A DNA stretch of 64,000 nucleotides, from positions 367,529 through 431,528 of the forward strand of contig CAWAPQ010000013.1 in NCBI GenBank assembly GCA_963783965.1, written 5' to 3'. This document shows, piece by piece, positions 8,464-17,452 of the stretch. The notes beneath the pieces are model-generated. The model was not told the origin of the DNA. It saw only the letters and a program-made list of their open reading frames with translations, and ran no database searches. Source of the stretch: an uncultured Acidimicrobiaceae bacterium (GTDB lineage: Bacteria > Actinomycetota > Acidimicrobiia > Acidimicrobiales > RAAP-2). How positions within the stretch are numbered: the first letter of the stretch is position 1; each line of letters begins with the position of its first letter. Made by a program: the position numbers and the translations under genes.

Positions 8464-8826
8464 ATGAAGACGCTCGCCGACGACACGCTCACTGCGGCGT
8501 TCGCCGCGCTGGCCGACCCCACCCGACGCGCCATCGTGAGCCGCCTGGCCCGGGGCGACGCCACCGTGACGGAGCTGGCCGCCCCATTTGCCATGTCGCT
8601 GCCGGCTGTCTCCAAGCACCTCAAAGTGTTGGAGCGCGGCGGCCTTATCTCGCGCCGGCGCGACGCCCAATTCCGACCCTGCCACCTGGAAGCCGGCGCG
8701 CTCGACGGCGCATTGGACTGGATCACGACGAACCGGCGCCTGTGGGACGAGCGCTTCGACAAGCTCGACACCCTGCTGGCCGACCTGCAGCCGGTCAAGA
8801 AGCGAACGGGGCGCGCGCGTGGCTGA
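8464..8826 (+). CDS. ArsR/SmtB-family transcriptional regulator
   Basis: FAALADPTRRAIVSRLARGDATVTELAAPFAMSLPAVSKHLKVLERGGLI (wHTH). The track ORF starts at TTG 8446; ATG 8464 is preferred. Confidence 0.85.
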   Translation: MKTLADDTLTAAFAALADPTRRAIVSRLARGDATVTELAAPFAMSLPAVSKHLKVLERGGLISRRRDAQFRPCHLEAGALDGALDWITTNRRLWDERFDKLDTLLADLQPVKKRTGRARG

Positions 8827-9256
8827 GCACGGCGAGCTGCGCTTCAACCGCGTCTTCGACGCGCCGCGCGAGCTCGTCTTCGCGTGCATGACCGATCCCG
8901 AGCATCTCGCCCACTTCTGGGGGCCGAAGGGGGTACGCGCGCCGCGGGACCGCATGACCGTCGACGCCCGGCCTGGTGGAGTCTTCGAGACCGTCATGGT
9001 CAACGATGCCGACGGGAGCGAGTACCCGACCCGGGCCGTGTACGACGAGGTGCGCGCCCCCGAGCTGTTGGTATGGACCGAGTCGCATTCGGGGATGCGG
9101 GTGCGGTCCGAGTTCATCGCGCTCGGCCCGCAGCGCACCGAGGTCAGAATCCACCAGACCTACGTCCCCGAGGCGTTCCTGGTTCCCGAGGTCCGGGCGG
9201 GCTTTCTGTCGTCGCTCGACCGCTTCGAGGCCTATCTCGCCGAGCTGGCCGCATGA
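8819..9256 (+). CDS. SRPBCC-superfamily protein (AHSA1/activator-of-Hsp90-ATPase-homologue-like)
   Basis: VAEHGELRFNRVFDAPRELVFACMTDPEHLAHFWGPKG.. GTG 8819 overlaps the ArsR 3' end by 8 nt. ArsR+AHSA1 is a common pairing. Confidence 0.8.
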   Translation: MAEHGELRFNRVFDAPRELVFACMTDPEHLAHFWGPKGVRAPRDRMTVDARPGGVFETVMVNDADGSEYPTRAVYDEVRAPELLVWTESHSGMRVRSEFIALGPQRTEVRIHQTYVPEAFLVPEVRAGFLSSLDRFEAYLAELAA

Positions 9257-9894
9257 GCGTGGGCACCGCACAGGACATCGCCGAGGAATATGGCGCACTC
9301 GCCGACCTGCTGGAAGCGGCCGGGGACGAGGTGTGGGAGTCACCCTCGCTGTGCGAGGGCTGGCGCACCCGCGAGGTGGTGGCCCACGTGACGATGCCGG
9401 TGCGCTACGACGGCCCCGCGTTCATGGCGGAACTGGAGTCCGCCGGTGGGGACTTCACGCGTCTCTCCAACGAGGTGGCCGCGCGTGACGGCGCGCTCCC
9501 CGCGGCCGTGCTACTGGGCGGCCTCCGCTCCCCCGTGTTGCACGAGTGGCAGCCGCCGGGAGGCGGCGTGGAGGGCGCACTGATCCACTGCGTCATTCAC
9601 GAGCTCGACATCGTGGAGGCCGGGTCCCTGGCGCGGGGCGTACCCGACGACCGCATCCGCTCGGTGCTCGAGCTGGTGCTTCCGGACGACGGCGGCACCG
9701 CCGGTGCCGGTGCGAACCTGTTCGGGGTCGATTTGAGCGACGTGGAGCTCCGAGCGGACGACCTTGACTGGGCCTCGGGCGCGGGTGCACTGGTGACAGG
9801 CCCGGCGCAGGCGCTGGCCCAGGCCGCCTGCGGCCGCCTGCTGCCTCCGGGTCGCCTGCGCGGCGCGGCGGCAGCTCGCTTTACGCAGTCGTAA
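9253..9894 (+). CDS. Maleylpyruvate-isomerase-family mycothiol-dependent enzyme (DinB-like), second copy
   Basis: MSVGTAQDIAEEYGALADLLEAAGDEVWESPSLCEGWRTREVVAHVT. ATG 9253 overlaps the upstream stop (ATGA). Confidence 0.75.
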   Translation: MSVGTAQDIAEEYGALADLLEAAGDEVWESPSLCEGWRTREVVAHVTMPVRYDGPAFMAELESAGGDFTRLSNEVAARDGALPAAVLLGGLRSPVLHEWQPPGGGVEGALIHCVIHELDIVEAGSLARGVPDDRIRSVLELVLPDDGGTAGAGANLFGVDLSDVELRADDLDWASGAGALVTGPAQALAQAACGRLLPPGRLRGAAAARFTQS

Positions 9895-10111
9895 AGGGCT
9901 GCGCCAGCTGGCGGGCCACCAGGCGCGCCGGAGCCGAGCGGGTCGTCACGTGGTCGGCCTGCTCCACCGGGACGGGCCGACCGTGGCGCAAGGGGCAGAC
10001 CCCTTGATCGGGAAGCGGGCCATGCCGGCAAGCACGTCCCACACCGTGAACACGACGCCGAGGTTGGCGTCCTGTACGACGAGAGGGGCGGGTGGGATTC
10101 CCCGCGACCGA

Positions 10112-10519
10112 CTACCCCGAGGTCTCGGGGGGAGCAGGCGGGGCCGCGCCGTCGCGCCAGGTGCGCCACGCCTGGTAGCCCCCCGCCAGATCGGCGGCGT
10201 CGGTGAAACCCAATGCGCGCAGCGAGTCGGCCGCCAGACTGGAGGCGTAGCCGGCCGAGCACACCACCACGACAGGCTGGTCGTAGTCGCTGACCTCGGG
10301 GAGCGCGTGGTCGCCGGTCAGGTCGAAGCGCCACTCGAGCACGTTGCGCTCCACGATCAGCCCGAAACCGAGCTCACCCTCGCTGGCCCGTTGGGCCGCG
10401 GGCCGGATGTCGACTACCAGCGCACCGTTGGCCAGGAGCCCTTCAAGCTCCTCCGGCTCGACCCGCCGGATTCGTCGGCGCGCCTCGGTCAGCAGATCGT
10501 CGGCGCTGCGTGCGGTCAC
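10112..10519 (-). CDS. Rhodanese-like sulfurtransferase domain protein
   Basis: 135 aa. Active-site loop VVVCSAGYASS. GTG 10519 overlaps the upstream stop (GTGA). Confidence 0.85.
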   Translation of the reverse strand: MTARSADDLLTEARRRIRRVEPEELEGLLANGALVVDIRPAAQRASEGELGFGLIVERNVLEWRFDLTGDHALPEVSDYDQPVVVVCSAGYASSLAADSLRALGFTDAADLAGGYQAWRTWRDGAAPPAPPETSG

Positions 10520-11094
10520 CGGGAGGCCGCCGCCGCTCCGCCTGTCCCGACCTCGAGGTCGTCATCGAATTCGCCGCTGCCGTCGGCGGTCCACGCCACT
10601 CCGCGCACGACGAGTTGTCCTCCGTCGACCTCGTAGAACGTCATGGTGGTCAGGGCCGGGCTGTAGACGTGCAGGCTCAGCGCGGGCCCGTCCGACTCGT
10701 TGGTGACATCGTGCACGTGCCCGGCGCCGAATCCGAGCGTGGCGCCTTCGCGGAGCTCGTGGCGGTCGAGCGAGAGCCGGCCCGTATCGTCTCGCCAGGG
10801 CACGGCCTCTACGAGGGACCCGCTGATCACGCTCACTGCTCCGGTCGAACGGCCATGGTCATGGAGCTCCACTTTTCCTCCGCTCGGCCAGGCGATCAGC
10901 CAGGCGTCGAAGTCAGCCGTCCGGGCCATCAGCCGCCACGACCGCCGCTCCATGTCGAGTGCGCCGGGCCAGTGGACGGCGGGGGCCAGGCGGCTCGCCA
11001 CCTCCTGGGCGTTGATGTGAGGGTGCCGCCATGACAGCGCCGCCCCGCCCCCCTCGCCCGGCGTCGTCGGACGACGTCGGGCCGTGGGAACCAT
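10516..11094 (-). CDS. Cysteine-dioxygenase-like cupin
   Basis: WLIAWPSGGKVELHDHGRSTGAVSVISGSLVE..GHVHDV cupin motifs. Translationally coupled to a rhodanese. Confidence 0.6.
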   Translation of the reverse strand: MVPTARRRPTTPGEGGGAALSWRHPHINAQEVASRLAPAVHWPGALDMERRSWRLMARTADFDAWLIAWPSGGKVELHDHGRSTGAVSVISGSLVEAVPWRDDTGRLSLDRHELREGATLGFGAGHVHDVTNESDGPALSLHVYSPALTTMTFYEVDGGQLVVRGVAWTADGSGEFDDDLEVGTGGAAAASR

Positions 11095-11106
11095 CCGGCA
11101 GAGAAT

Positions 11107-11145
11107 AAACCCTAAATCCGACTAAGTCAATCGTATTTAGGGTTT
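11107..11145. promoter_or_regulatory. AT-rich 11-bp perfect inverted repeat in a divergent promoter region
   Basis: AAACCCTAAAT (11107..11117), 17 nt, ATTTAGGGTTT (11135..11145), then TT. Lies between the divergent starts at 11094 (minus) and 11249 (plus). Confidence 0.4.
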
Positions 11146-11248
11146 TTGGGGCTCCCTCCCTGGCCGGAGGGTCAAAACCGGACAAGATGGCGGCGATGCC
11201 TCCCCCGGCCAGGCCCGAAGCCGCAAGACAGCGGCGCGTCGTCCCGAC

Positions 11249-13699
11249 ATGAAGGTCATGGGGACCGCCGCGCCTGCCGCTGCCGCCACGACGTCCGTTC
11301 CCGACGTCGGCCACACGACCTGGAGCCAGCGCGTCCGCTCGCTGGTCCTCGGCCCGCACGGCGGCGGCACCACCCGGCGGCGCGCCTCGGACGCCGTGCG
11401 CGTCGGCATCGCCGCCGTGCTGGTGGTCATCTGCGTCCCGCTGGTACAGGCCAACACCGCGGTCGAGATCCACGTCACCGAGCTCATCACTCCCCCGCCG
11501 ACGGGTATGCAGTGGCTGATCACCGCCCTCTGGTTCGTGGGGTCCATCGGCGTCACGGTGGCCCTGGTCCTGATCGGCCTGCTCGTGCCCAGACTCACTG
11601 CCGTGCGGCAGATGGGTGTCGCCGGGTTGGCTGCGCTCGTCGTCTGTCTCTTGCTGGACGCGCTGTTGGGCCCCGCCGCCGGTCGCCCGCCCATTCCGGA
11701 GTTCTCGGGCTTCGACCCGCGCTTCCCGATCCTGCAGTTGGCCGTCGCCACCGCCGTTGCGTTGGCGGGCTTGCCCTACCTGAGTCGGCCCATGCACCGC
11801 ATCGTCATCGGTGCCATCGCGCTCGCCGGGCTCTGTGCGGTCATCGGCTCCTACGGGCTGCCGCTCGGTGTCATCGCCGCCGTGATCGTGGGGTGGGGCA
11901 CCGCGGCCGCCTGCCATCTGGCCATGGGCGCGCCGAACGGGCTCCCGTCCGCCTCGGAGGTGACCGCCGCCGTGCGAGACCTCCGGGTCGAGGTGGTCGG
12001 GCTGAGCTCCATGGAGCGCCAGGAGTGGGGCGTGGCGTCCTTTGCTGGCGCCGATCCTGACGGGCGAACGATCGAACTGGCCGTCTACGGGCGTGATGCC
12101 GCCGACGCGCAGTGGCTCCGCAAGGTCTGGCGCTTCTGCATCTATCGCGACTCGGGACCGACGCTCATGGTCAACCGGCTCCAACAGGTGGAGCACGAGG
12201 CCTACCTGACCTTTCTGGCCGCCCATGCCGGCGCGCGCGTGCCCGAGATCGTGGCAGCCGGGCGGTGCGGGCCGGCGCACGACGCCGCTCTGATCACCCA
12301 GCTGCCCGAAGGACGCCGGCTCTCCCAGCTGGAGGGAGTGGATGTCAGCGACGGTGAGGTCGACGGCTTCCTGCGCTCGGTGCTCGTGCTGCGCCGGGCC
12401 GGGATCTCGCACGGCGCGCTGAGCCCGGAGACCGTCCTCTCCACGCCCCAGGGCCCGCTGCTGCGCGATTTCCGGCGCGCCTCGTCGTCGGCGCCTCCCA
12501 TGCGCACCGACCGTGACCTCGCCGCAGCGGTAGCGACCGCGGCGGTTGTGGTCGGGATCGAGCGCGCCGTGGCGTCCGCCTGTCGCGTCCTCGACACCGA
12601 GACCGTGGAGGCGGTCCTGACGCGCTTGCAGCGCTCCACGCTCGACCCCGAGACCGAGCGCATGGCCCGGTCACAGAAGGGCTTCCTCAAGTCGCTGCGC
12701 GAGGCGCTGGCATCGGCCGCCGGGGTCGAGGTGCCCAAGCTCGTCGAGGCGAAGCGGATCAGCTGGCCCAACCTCTTGATGGTGGTGGGGAGCCTCGTCG
12801 GCCTGTGGCTGATCATCGGCGTCCTCACCGAGGCGTCGGGCTCATTGAGCGTCATCCGCGACGCAGCCCTGCCGTGGGTCGCCGCTGCCTTCGTCCTGGG
12901 CCAGCTGCCCGTGGTCACGGGGGCGTGGGCCCTGACCGGCGCGGTGATGGGCCCGCTGCCCTTCGGGCGGTGCGTCGCCCTGGAGACCTCCAACATGTTC
13001 ACGTCGTTCGTCGGCGGTGACGCCGCCGTCTTCGGCGTGCGTGTGCGCTTCTTCCAGCGTCAGGGTTTGGACGCGCCGGCGGCCATCAGCTCGGGGGCGA
13101 TCGCCGGCACCGCGAGTTGGGTGGTCAAGGGCGCGCTGTTCCTGATCTGCCTCCCCTTTGCGGTGGGCGACTTCCACAAGCCGACCTCCGGCGAGAGCGG
13201 GAGCCATGAGGACATCGTGTGGATCATCCTGCTCGTCGTCCTGGTCGTTGCCGTCCTCGTGGCCGTGGTGACCCTGGTGCCCCGGGTGCGGCGGATGGCG
13301 AACGAGAAAGCCCGGCCGCACCTGGTCACCATCTGGAAGGACGTCAAGGCGATCGCGGTGGAGCCCCGCAAGATCTTCTATGTCCTGGGCGGGTCCCTGG
13401 GCAGCCAGGTCCTCATCGCGTTCTGCCTCGGGGCGTCCCTGCACTCGGTGGGCGAGCACGCCAGCTTCGCCACCCTCATTGTGGTGCTGACCCTGGCCGC
13501 CATGATCGGTGGCGCCGTTCCGGTCCCGGGCGGCGCCGGCGTCATAGAAGTGGGCCTCATCGCCGGATTGACCGCCGCCGGCATCCCGCAGGACCAGGCC
13601 GTGGCGGCCGTTTTCATCGAACGATTCTGCACCGCGTACCTGCCGCCGATCTGGGGCTGGGCCACCCTGGTCTGGATGCGCCGCAGCGACTACATCTGA
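11249..13699 (+). CDS. Large polytopic membrane protein: N-terminal TM block, central kinase-like (RIO/Kdo-type) domain with degenerate catalytic motif, C-terminal flippase-like (lysyl-PG-synthase TM / UPF0104) domain
   Basis: 816 aa. The central stretch ..QQVEHEAYLTFLAAHAGARVPEIVAAG..LRRAGISHGALSPETVL.. resembles a small-kinase fold. The C-terminal ~330 aa (ISWPNLLMVVGSLVGLWLII..GGAVPVPGGAGVIEVGLIAGL) is typical of flippase-like domains. Start uncertain. Confidence 0.75.
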   Translation: MKVMGTAAPAAAATTSVPDVGHTTWSQRVRSLVLGPHGGGTTRRRASDAVRVGIAAVLVVICVPLVQANTAVEIHVTELITPPPTGMQWLITALWFVGSIGVTVALVLIGLLVPRLTAVRQMGVAGLAALVVCLLLDALLGPAAGRPPIPEFSGFDPRFPILQLAVATAVALAGLPYLSRPMHRIVIGAIALAGLCAVIGSYGLPLGVIAAVIVGWGTAAACHLAMGAPNGLPSASEVTAAVRDLRVEVVGLSSMERQEWGVASFAGADPDGRTIELAVYGRDAADAQWLRKVWRFCIYRDSGPTLMVNRLQQVEHEAYLTFLAAHAGARVPEIVAAGRCGPAHDAALITQLPEGRRLSQLEGVDVSDGEVDGFLRSVLVLRRAGISHGALSPETVLSTPQGPLLRDFRRASSSAPPMRTDRDLAAAVATAAVVVGIERAVASACRVLDTETVEAVLTRLQRSTLDPETERMARSQKGFLKSLREALASAAGVEVPKLVEAKRISWPNLLMVVGSLVGLWLIIGVLTEASGSLSVIRDAALPWVAAAFVLGQLPVVTGAWALTGAVMGPLPFGRCVALETSNMFTSFVGGDAAVFGVRVRFFQRQGLDAPAAISSGAIAGTASWVVKGALFLICLPFAVGDFHKPTSGESGSHEDIVWIILLVVLVVAVLVAVVTLVPRVRRMANEKARPHLVTIWKDVKAIAVEPRKIFYVLGGSLGSQVLIAFCLGASLHSVGEHASFATLIVVLTLAAMIGGAVPVPGGAGVIEVGLIAGLTAAGIPQDQAVAAVFIERFCTAYLPPIWGWATLVWMRRSDYI

Positions 13700-13891
13700 G
13701 TCGGCAACTGCGCGTGAACTGATTCACAAGCTCCGAAGCGGCCACGCGCCGGCATCTGTTGCATTTTCATAGTGCTCCGGTGTCGAACGCTGTAACGTCC
13801 AGGGAATGCCGGGGGGCTGGGTTGGCATGACGGATCACTGGACGCGCGTGACGGGCGCACGCACCGACCCCCACACCGGATAGGCAGCCCG

Positions 13892-14755
13892 GTGGCCGCG
13901 GTCACCGAGTCCCCGGCAACCCCCTCCGAGCAGGAGGGCGCGCCCGGAGACGCGGCACCGCTGCTGGTCGTCAACGAAGTCACCGTCGGATTCGGCGGCC
14001 TGCTGGCGCTCGACGACGTCTCCATGGCAGTCGGTCACGGTGAGGTTGTCGGGGTCATCGGACCGAACGGCGCCGGCAAGACGACCCTCTTCAACGTCAT
14101 CAGCGGATTCGTGCACCCGAGCTCGGGGACGGTCGCCTACCGCGGCAGCGTCCTGCGCCGGCACCATCCTCATGACCTGGCGAAGCTCGGCATCGCCCGC
14201 ACCCTGCAGGGCGTCGGCCTCTGTCCTGGTCTGACCGTGCACGAGAACGTGATGCTCGGCGCGGAACCGAGACTGCACGCTGACCTCGGGTCCGCGTTCC
14301 TGGGCATCTGGCGCTCCAGCCGGGAGGAGCGCACCGTGACGGCGCGGGCGATGGCGATCCTCGACGAGCTCGGCGCGGCCGATTACGCCCGCCGGATGCC
14401 CGCCGCGCTCCCCTATGCCATACAGAAGCGCACCGCGCTGGCCCGCGCACTCATGGCGGAACCGCAGCTGCTGCTCCTCGACGAGCCGGCGAGCGGGCTT
14501 TCGGAGGGCGAAATGGACGCGTTGGGATCGATGGTCCGCGGGCTGACCGAGCGCATGTCCGTGCTCCTCGTGGAGCATCACATGGACCTGGTGATGTCGG
14601 TGTGTGACCGTCTCGTCGTCCTCAACTTCGGCCAGGTGATCGCGGAAGGCACGCCTGCGGTCATCCGCTCCGACGCCGACGTGGCGACCGCCTACCTGGG
14701 CGACCCCGTCCATGAGAGCGCACCGCCCGGGCTACACGAGACCGACGATGCTTGA
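13892..14755 (+). CDS. Branched-chain-amino-acid-type ABC transporter ATP-binding protein (LivG-like)
   Basis: Walker A GPNGAGKTT, signature LSEGE, LLLLDEPASG. N-terminal start uncertain. Confidence 0.9.
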   Translation: MAAVTESPATPSEQEGAPGDAAPLLVVNEVTVGFGGLLALDDVSMAVGHGEVVGVIGPNGAGKTTLFNVISGFVHPSSGTVAYRGSVLRRHHPHDLAKLGIARTLQGVGLCPGLTVHENVMLGAEPRLHADLGSAFLGIWRSSREERTVTARAMAILDELGAADYARRMPAALPYAIQKRTALARALMAEPQLLLLDEPASGLSEGEMDALGSMVRGLTERMSVLLVEHHMDLVMSVCDRLVVLNFGQVIAEGTPAVIRSDADVATAYLGDPVHESAPPGLHETDDA

Positions 14756-15455
14756 GGTCCGCGACCTCAGCGTGTCCTACGGCGCGGTGCGGGCACTGCG
14801 CTCGGTCTCCTTCGAGGCGGAGGCGGGTGCGGTCACCGCCGTCCTGGGGGCCAACGGCGCCGGGAAGACCACCCTCCTGCGGACCATCTCTGGACTGGTC
14901 AAGCCACTCGACGGCTCCGTGCGGTTCGACGGCGACCCGCTGTTGGGGCGCCACGTGGAGTCCATCGCGCGGCTGGGGGTGGCTCACGTACCCGAGGGTC
15001 GGGGGGTGATCGAGGAGCTCACGGTCGAGGAGAATCTCCGGCTGGCCACCCTCTGGAGCCTGCACAAGAAAGAACGCCAGGGTGCCATCGCGGAGATCCT
15101 CGAGCTCTTCCCCCGCCTACAGCCGTTCCGGCGCCGGCATGCGTCCACTCTCTCGGGGGGCGAGCGCCAGATGCTCGTGCTGGGCCGGGCCCTCATCTCC
15201 CGGCCCCGCCTGCTCCTGCTCGACGAGCCGAGCCTCGGGCTCGCTCCGCTGGTGACCGCGCAGCTGATGGCGCTGCTGCGGGAGCAGACCGAGAGCAAGG
15301 ACATCACCGTGGTGCTGGTCGAGCAGAACGCCCGCAGCGCGCTGTCGGTGTCGCACCACGCCGTCATCCTCAACCTCGGCCAGGTGGTCGTCTCCGACGA
15401 CGCCGCCGCTGTGGCCGCCGACGACGCACTCCGTCACCACTATCTGGGGTTCTAG
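14748..15455 (+). CDS. Branched-chain-amino-acid-type ABC transporter ATP-binding protein (LivF-like)
   Basis: MLEVRDLSVSYGAVRAL..GANGAGKTTLL..LSGGERQML..LLLLDEPSLGL. ATG 14748 overlaps the LivG-like 3' end. Confidence 0.9.
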   Translation: MLEVRDLSVSYGAVRALRSVSFEAEAGAVTAVLGANGAGKTTLLRTISGLVKPLDGSVRFDGDPLLGRHVESIARLGVAHVPEGRGVIEELTVEENLRLATLWSLHKKERQGAIAEILELFPRLQPFRRRHASTLSGGERQMLVLGRALISRPRLLLLDEPSLGLAPLVTAQLMALLREQTESKDITVVLVEQNARSALSVSHHAVILNLGQVVVSDDAAAVAADDALRHHYLGF

Positions 15456-15459
15456 CGCC

Positions 15460-16338
15460 GTGAGCCTGTTCCTCGACTACACGCTCGACGGCATCGCCAA
15501 CGGCATGGTCTACGCCACGCTGGCGCTCGCTCTGGTTCTCATCTACCGGGCGACGCGGATCATCAACTTCGCCCAGGGGGCGGCGGGCATGCTCACCACG
15601 TTCATTGCGTTCAGCCTGCTGTCGCGCGGCCTCGGGTACTGGTGGGCCTTCGTGTTGGTGCTCATCATCGGATTCGCCCTCGGGGCGGTGACCGAACGCG
15701 TGCTGATCCGCCCGCTCCACGGCAAGTCCGAGCTGAATCCCGTCATCGTGACCATCGGGTTGCTGGTTGTCTTCGAGGGGCTGGCGGGAGCGATCTACGG
15801 CAACGCGAGCCGCGGCTTCCCGGCCGCCTTCTCCCAGCGCGGCTTGAAGGTGGGCGGGACCACCATCGCCTTCTCCCACTTCGACCTCTTCATCCTCATC
15901 GCCGTCCTCGCGCTCATGGCCGGGACCCTGGTCCTGTTCCGCTACACGGCGCTGGGCCTCCGCATGCGGGCATCGGCCTTCCACCGCGAGATCGCGCGGC
16001 TCCTCGGGGTGCGCGTCGGCATTCTGCTGACCCTCGGGTGGGGCCTGGCGGGCATCGCCGGCTCCCTGGCCGGCCTGCTGGTGGCGCCGACGAGCGCGTT
16101 CGGGCCGTACTACATGGACCTGATCCTCGTGTACGGCTTCACGGCCGCCGTCATCGGCGGCCTCGAGAGCCCCGTGGGCGCGCTGGTCGGCGGGCTCATT
16201 TCGGGGTTGTGCATCTCGTACGTCGGAGGGTACCTCGGTTCGGGCCTCGAGCCGCTCGGCGCGCTGGCCCTTCTCATGGTCGCGCTGATGGCCCGGCCCG
16301 AGGGCATCTTCGCCCGGCCTGCGGCGCGGAGGGTCTGA
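15460..16338 (+). CDS. Branched-chain-amino-acid-type ABC transporter permease (LivH-like)
   Basis: 292 aa. LDYTLDGIANGMVYATLALALVLIYRATRIINFAQG, the typical LivH N-terminus. Confidence 0.9.
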   Translation: MSLFLDYTLDGIANGMVYATLALALVLIYRATRIINFAQGAAGMLTTFIAFSLLSRGLGYWWAFVLVLIIGFALGAVTERVLIRPLHGKSELNPVIVTIGLLVVFEGLAGAIYGNASRGFPAAFSQRGLKVGGTTIAFSHFDLFILIAVLALMAGTLVLFRYTALGLRMRASAFHREIARLLGVRVGILLTLGWGLAGIAGSLAGLLVAPTSAFGPYYMDLILVYGFTAAVIGGLESPVGALVGGLISGLCISYVGGYLGSGLEPLGALALLMVALMARPEGIFARPAARRV

Positions 16339-16339
16339 C

Positions 16340-17452
16340 GTGGCCACTGTCGACCGCGTCCGCGCGCTGCGCCTGCCCCGTCAACCGCTGCTCCGCCACC
16401 TCCCCGTCGCGCTCGTCGCCGGCGTCGTGCTCTACGAGGTCACGCTGCGCCTGAACTCGTACAACGACTATCAGGTCGGGGAGATCGCCTCGTACGTTGT
16501 CGCGCTGGTCGGACTGAGCCTGCTGACGGGCAGCAACGGACAGATCTCCCTCGGCCACGGCGCGTTCATGGCGGTGGGCGCCTACACCATGGCCCTGCTG
16601 ATGAACCACACCCAGGGGAACTTCATCCTCGAGCTGGCCGCCGCGACGGCCGTGGCTGCGGCAGCCGGTCTGGTGATCGGCCTGCCCGCCACTCGGCTGA
16701 AGGGCCCGTACCTGGCGGGCATGACGCTGCTGTTCGCTCTGGCCGTCCCGTCCATCGCCGACAAGTGGCCGAACACGTTCGGGGGTGACCAGGGACTGAC
16801 GACGACCGTCCCGACGGCACCGGGCTCGCTGACCGCCGAGCAATGGCTGGCCCAGATTCAGATCCTCGGGGCACTGATCGTGATGGTCCTGCTGGCCAAC
16901 TTGATGTGGAGCCGCTACGGCCGGGCCTTCCGGGCCGTGCGCGACGACGAGATCGCGGCCTCGCTGACGGGGATCCACATTGTGCGCACGAAGGTGATGG
17001 CCTTCACGATCAGCGCGGGGTGTGCCGGCCTCGGTGGGGCGCTGCTCGGCCTCTCGACAGGCGTGGTGAACACCGGAGAGTTCCCGCTCACCCTGTCGAT
17101 CCAGCTGCTGGCGGCCATGGTGCTCGGCGGCACGGGGACGTTGATCGGCATGGTCTGGGGCGGGATCCTGCTGGTCTATCTGCCCCAGTGGTCGACCTCG
17201 CTCTCCAACGGCTTCAACCTGGGCAGCGGGGCGAACGCCTACCTCGCCACGATCATCTTCGGCGTGGTGCTGATTGTGGCGATGCTGGTGGCGCCCAACG
17301 GGATTCAAGGCGGGCTGCGCTGGCTGTGGGGCCATCGACCGCGGCCGGGTGGCTCCGTTCCCGCCGTACCCAGCGAGATCTCGACAGCGGACAAGAGCAA
17401 CGCAACAGAAAGGAACAGGAGGAGCGATGCAAAGACGAGCGTGGAAGCCTAA
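16340..17452 (+). CDS. Branched-chain-amino-acid-type ABC transporter permease (LivM-like)
   Basis: 370 aa. LLTGSNGQISLGHGAFMAVGAY, the LivM signature. Starts 1 nt after the LivH-like stop. Confidence 0.9.
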   Translation: MATVDRVRALRLPRQPLLRHLPVALVAGVVLYEVTLRLNSYNDYQVGEIASYVVALVGLSLLTGSNGQISLGHGAFMAVGAYTMALLMNHTQGNFILELAAATAVAAAAGLVIGLPATRLKGPYLAGMTLLFALAVPSIADKWPNTFGGDQGLTTTVPTAPGSLTAEQWLAQIQILGALIVMVLLANLMWSRYGRAFRAVRDDEIAASLTGIHIVRTKVMAFTISAGCAGLGGALLGLSTGVVNTGEFPLTLSIQLLAAMVLGGTGTLIGMVWGGILLVYLPQWSTSLSNGFNLGSGANAYLATIIFGVVLIVAMLVAPNGIQGGLRWLWGHRPRPGGSVPAVPSEISTADKSNATERNRRSDAKTSVEA

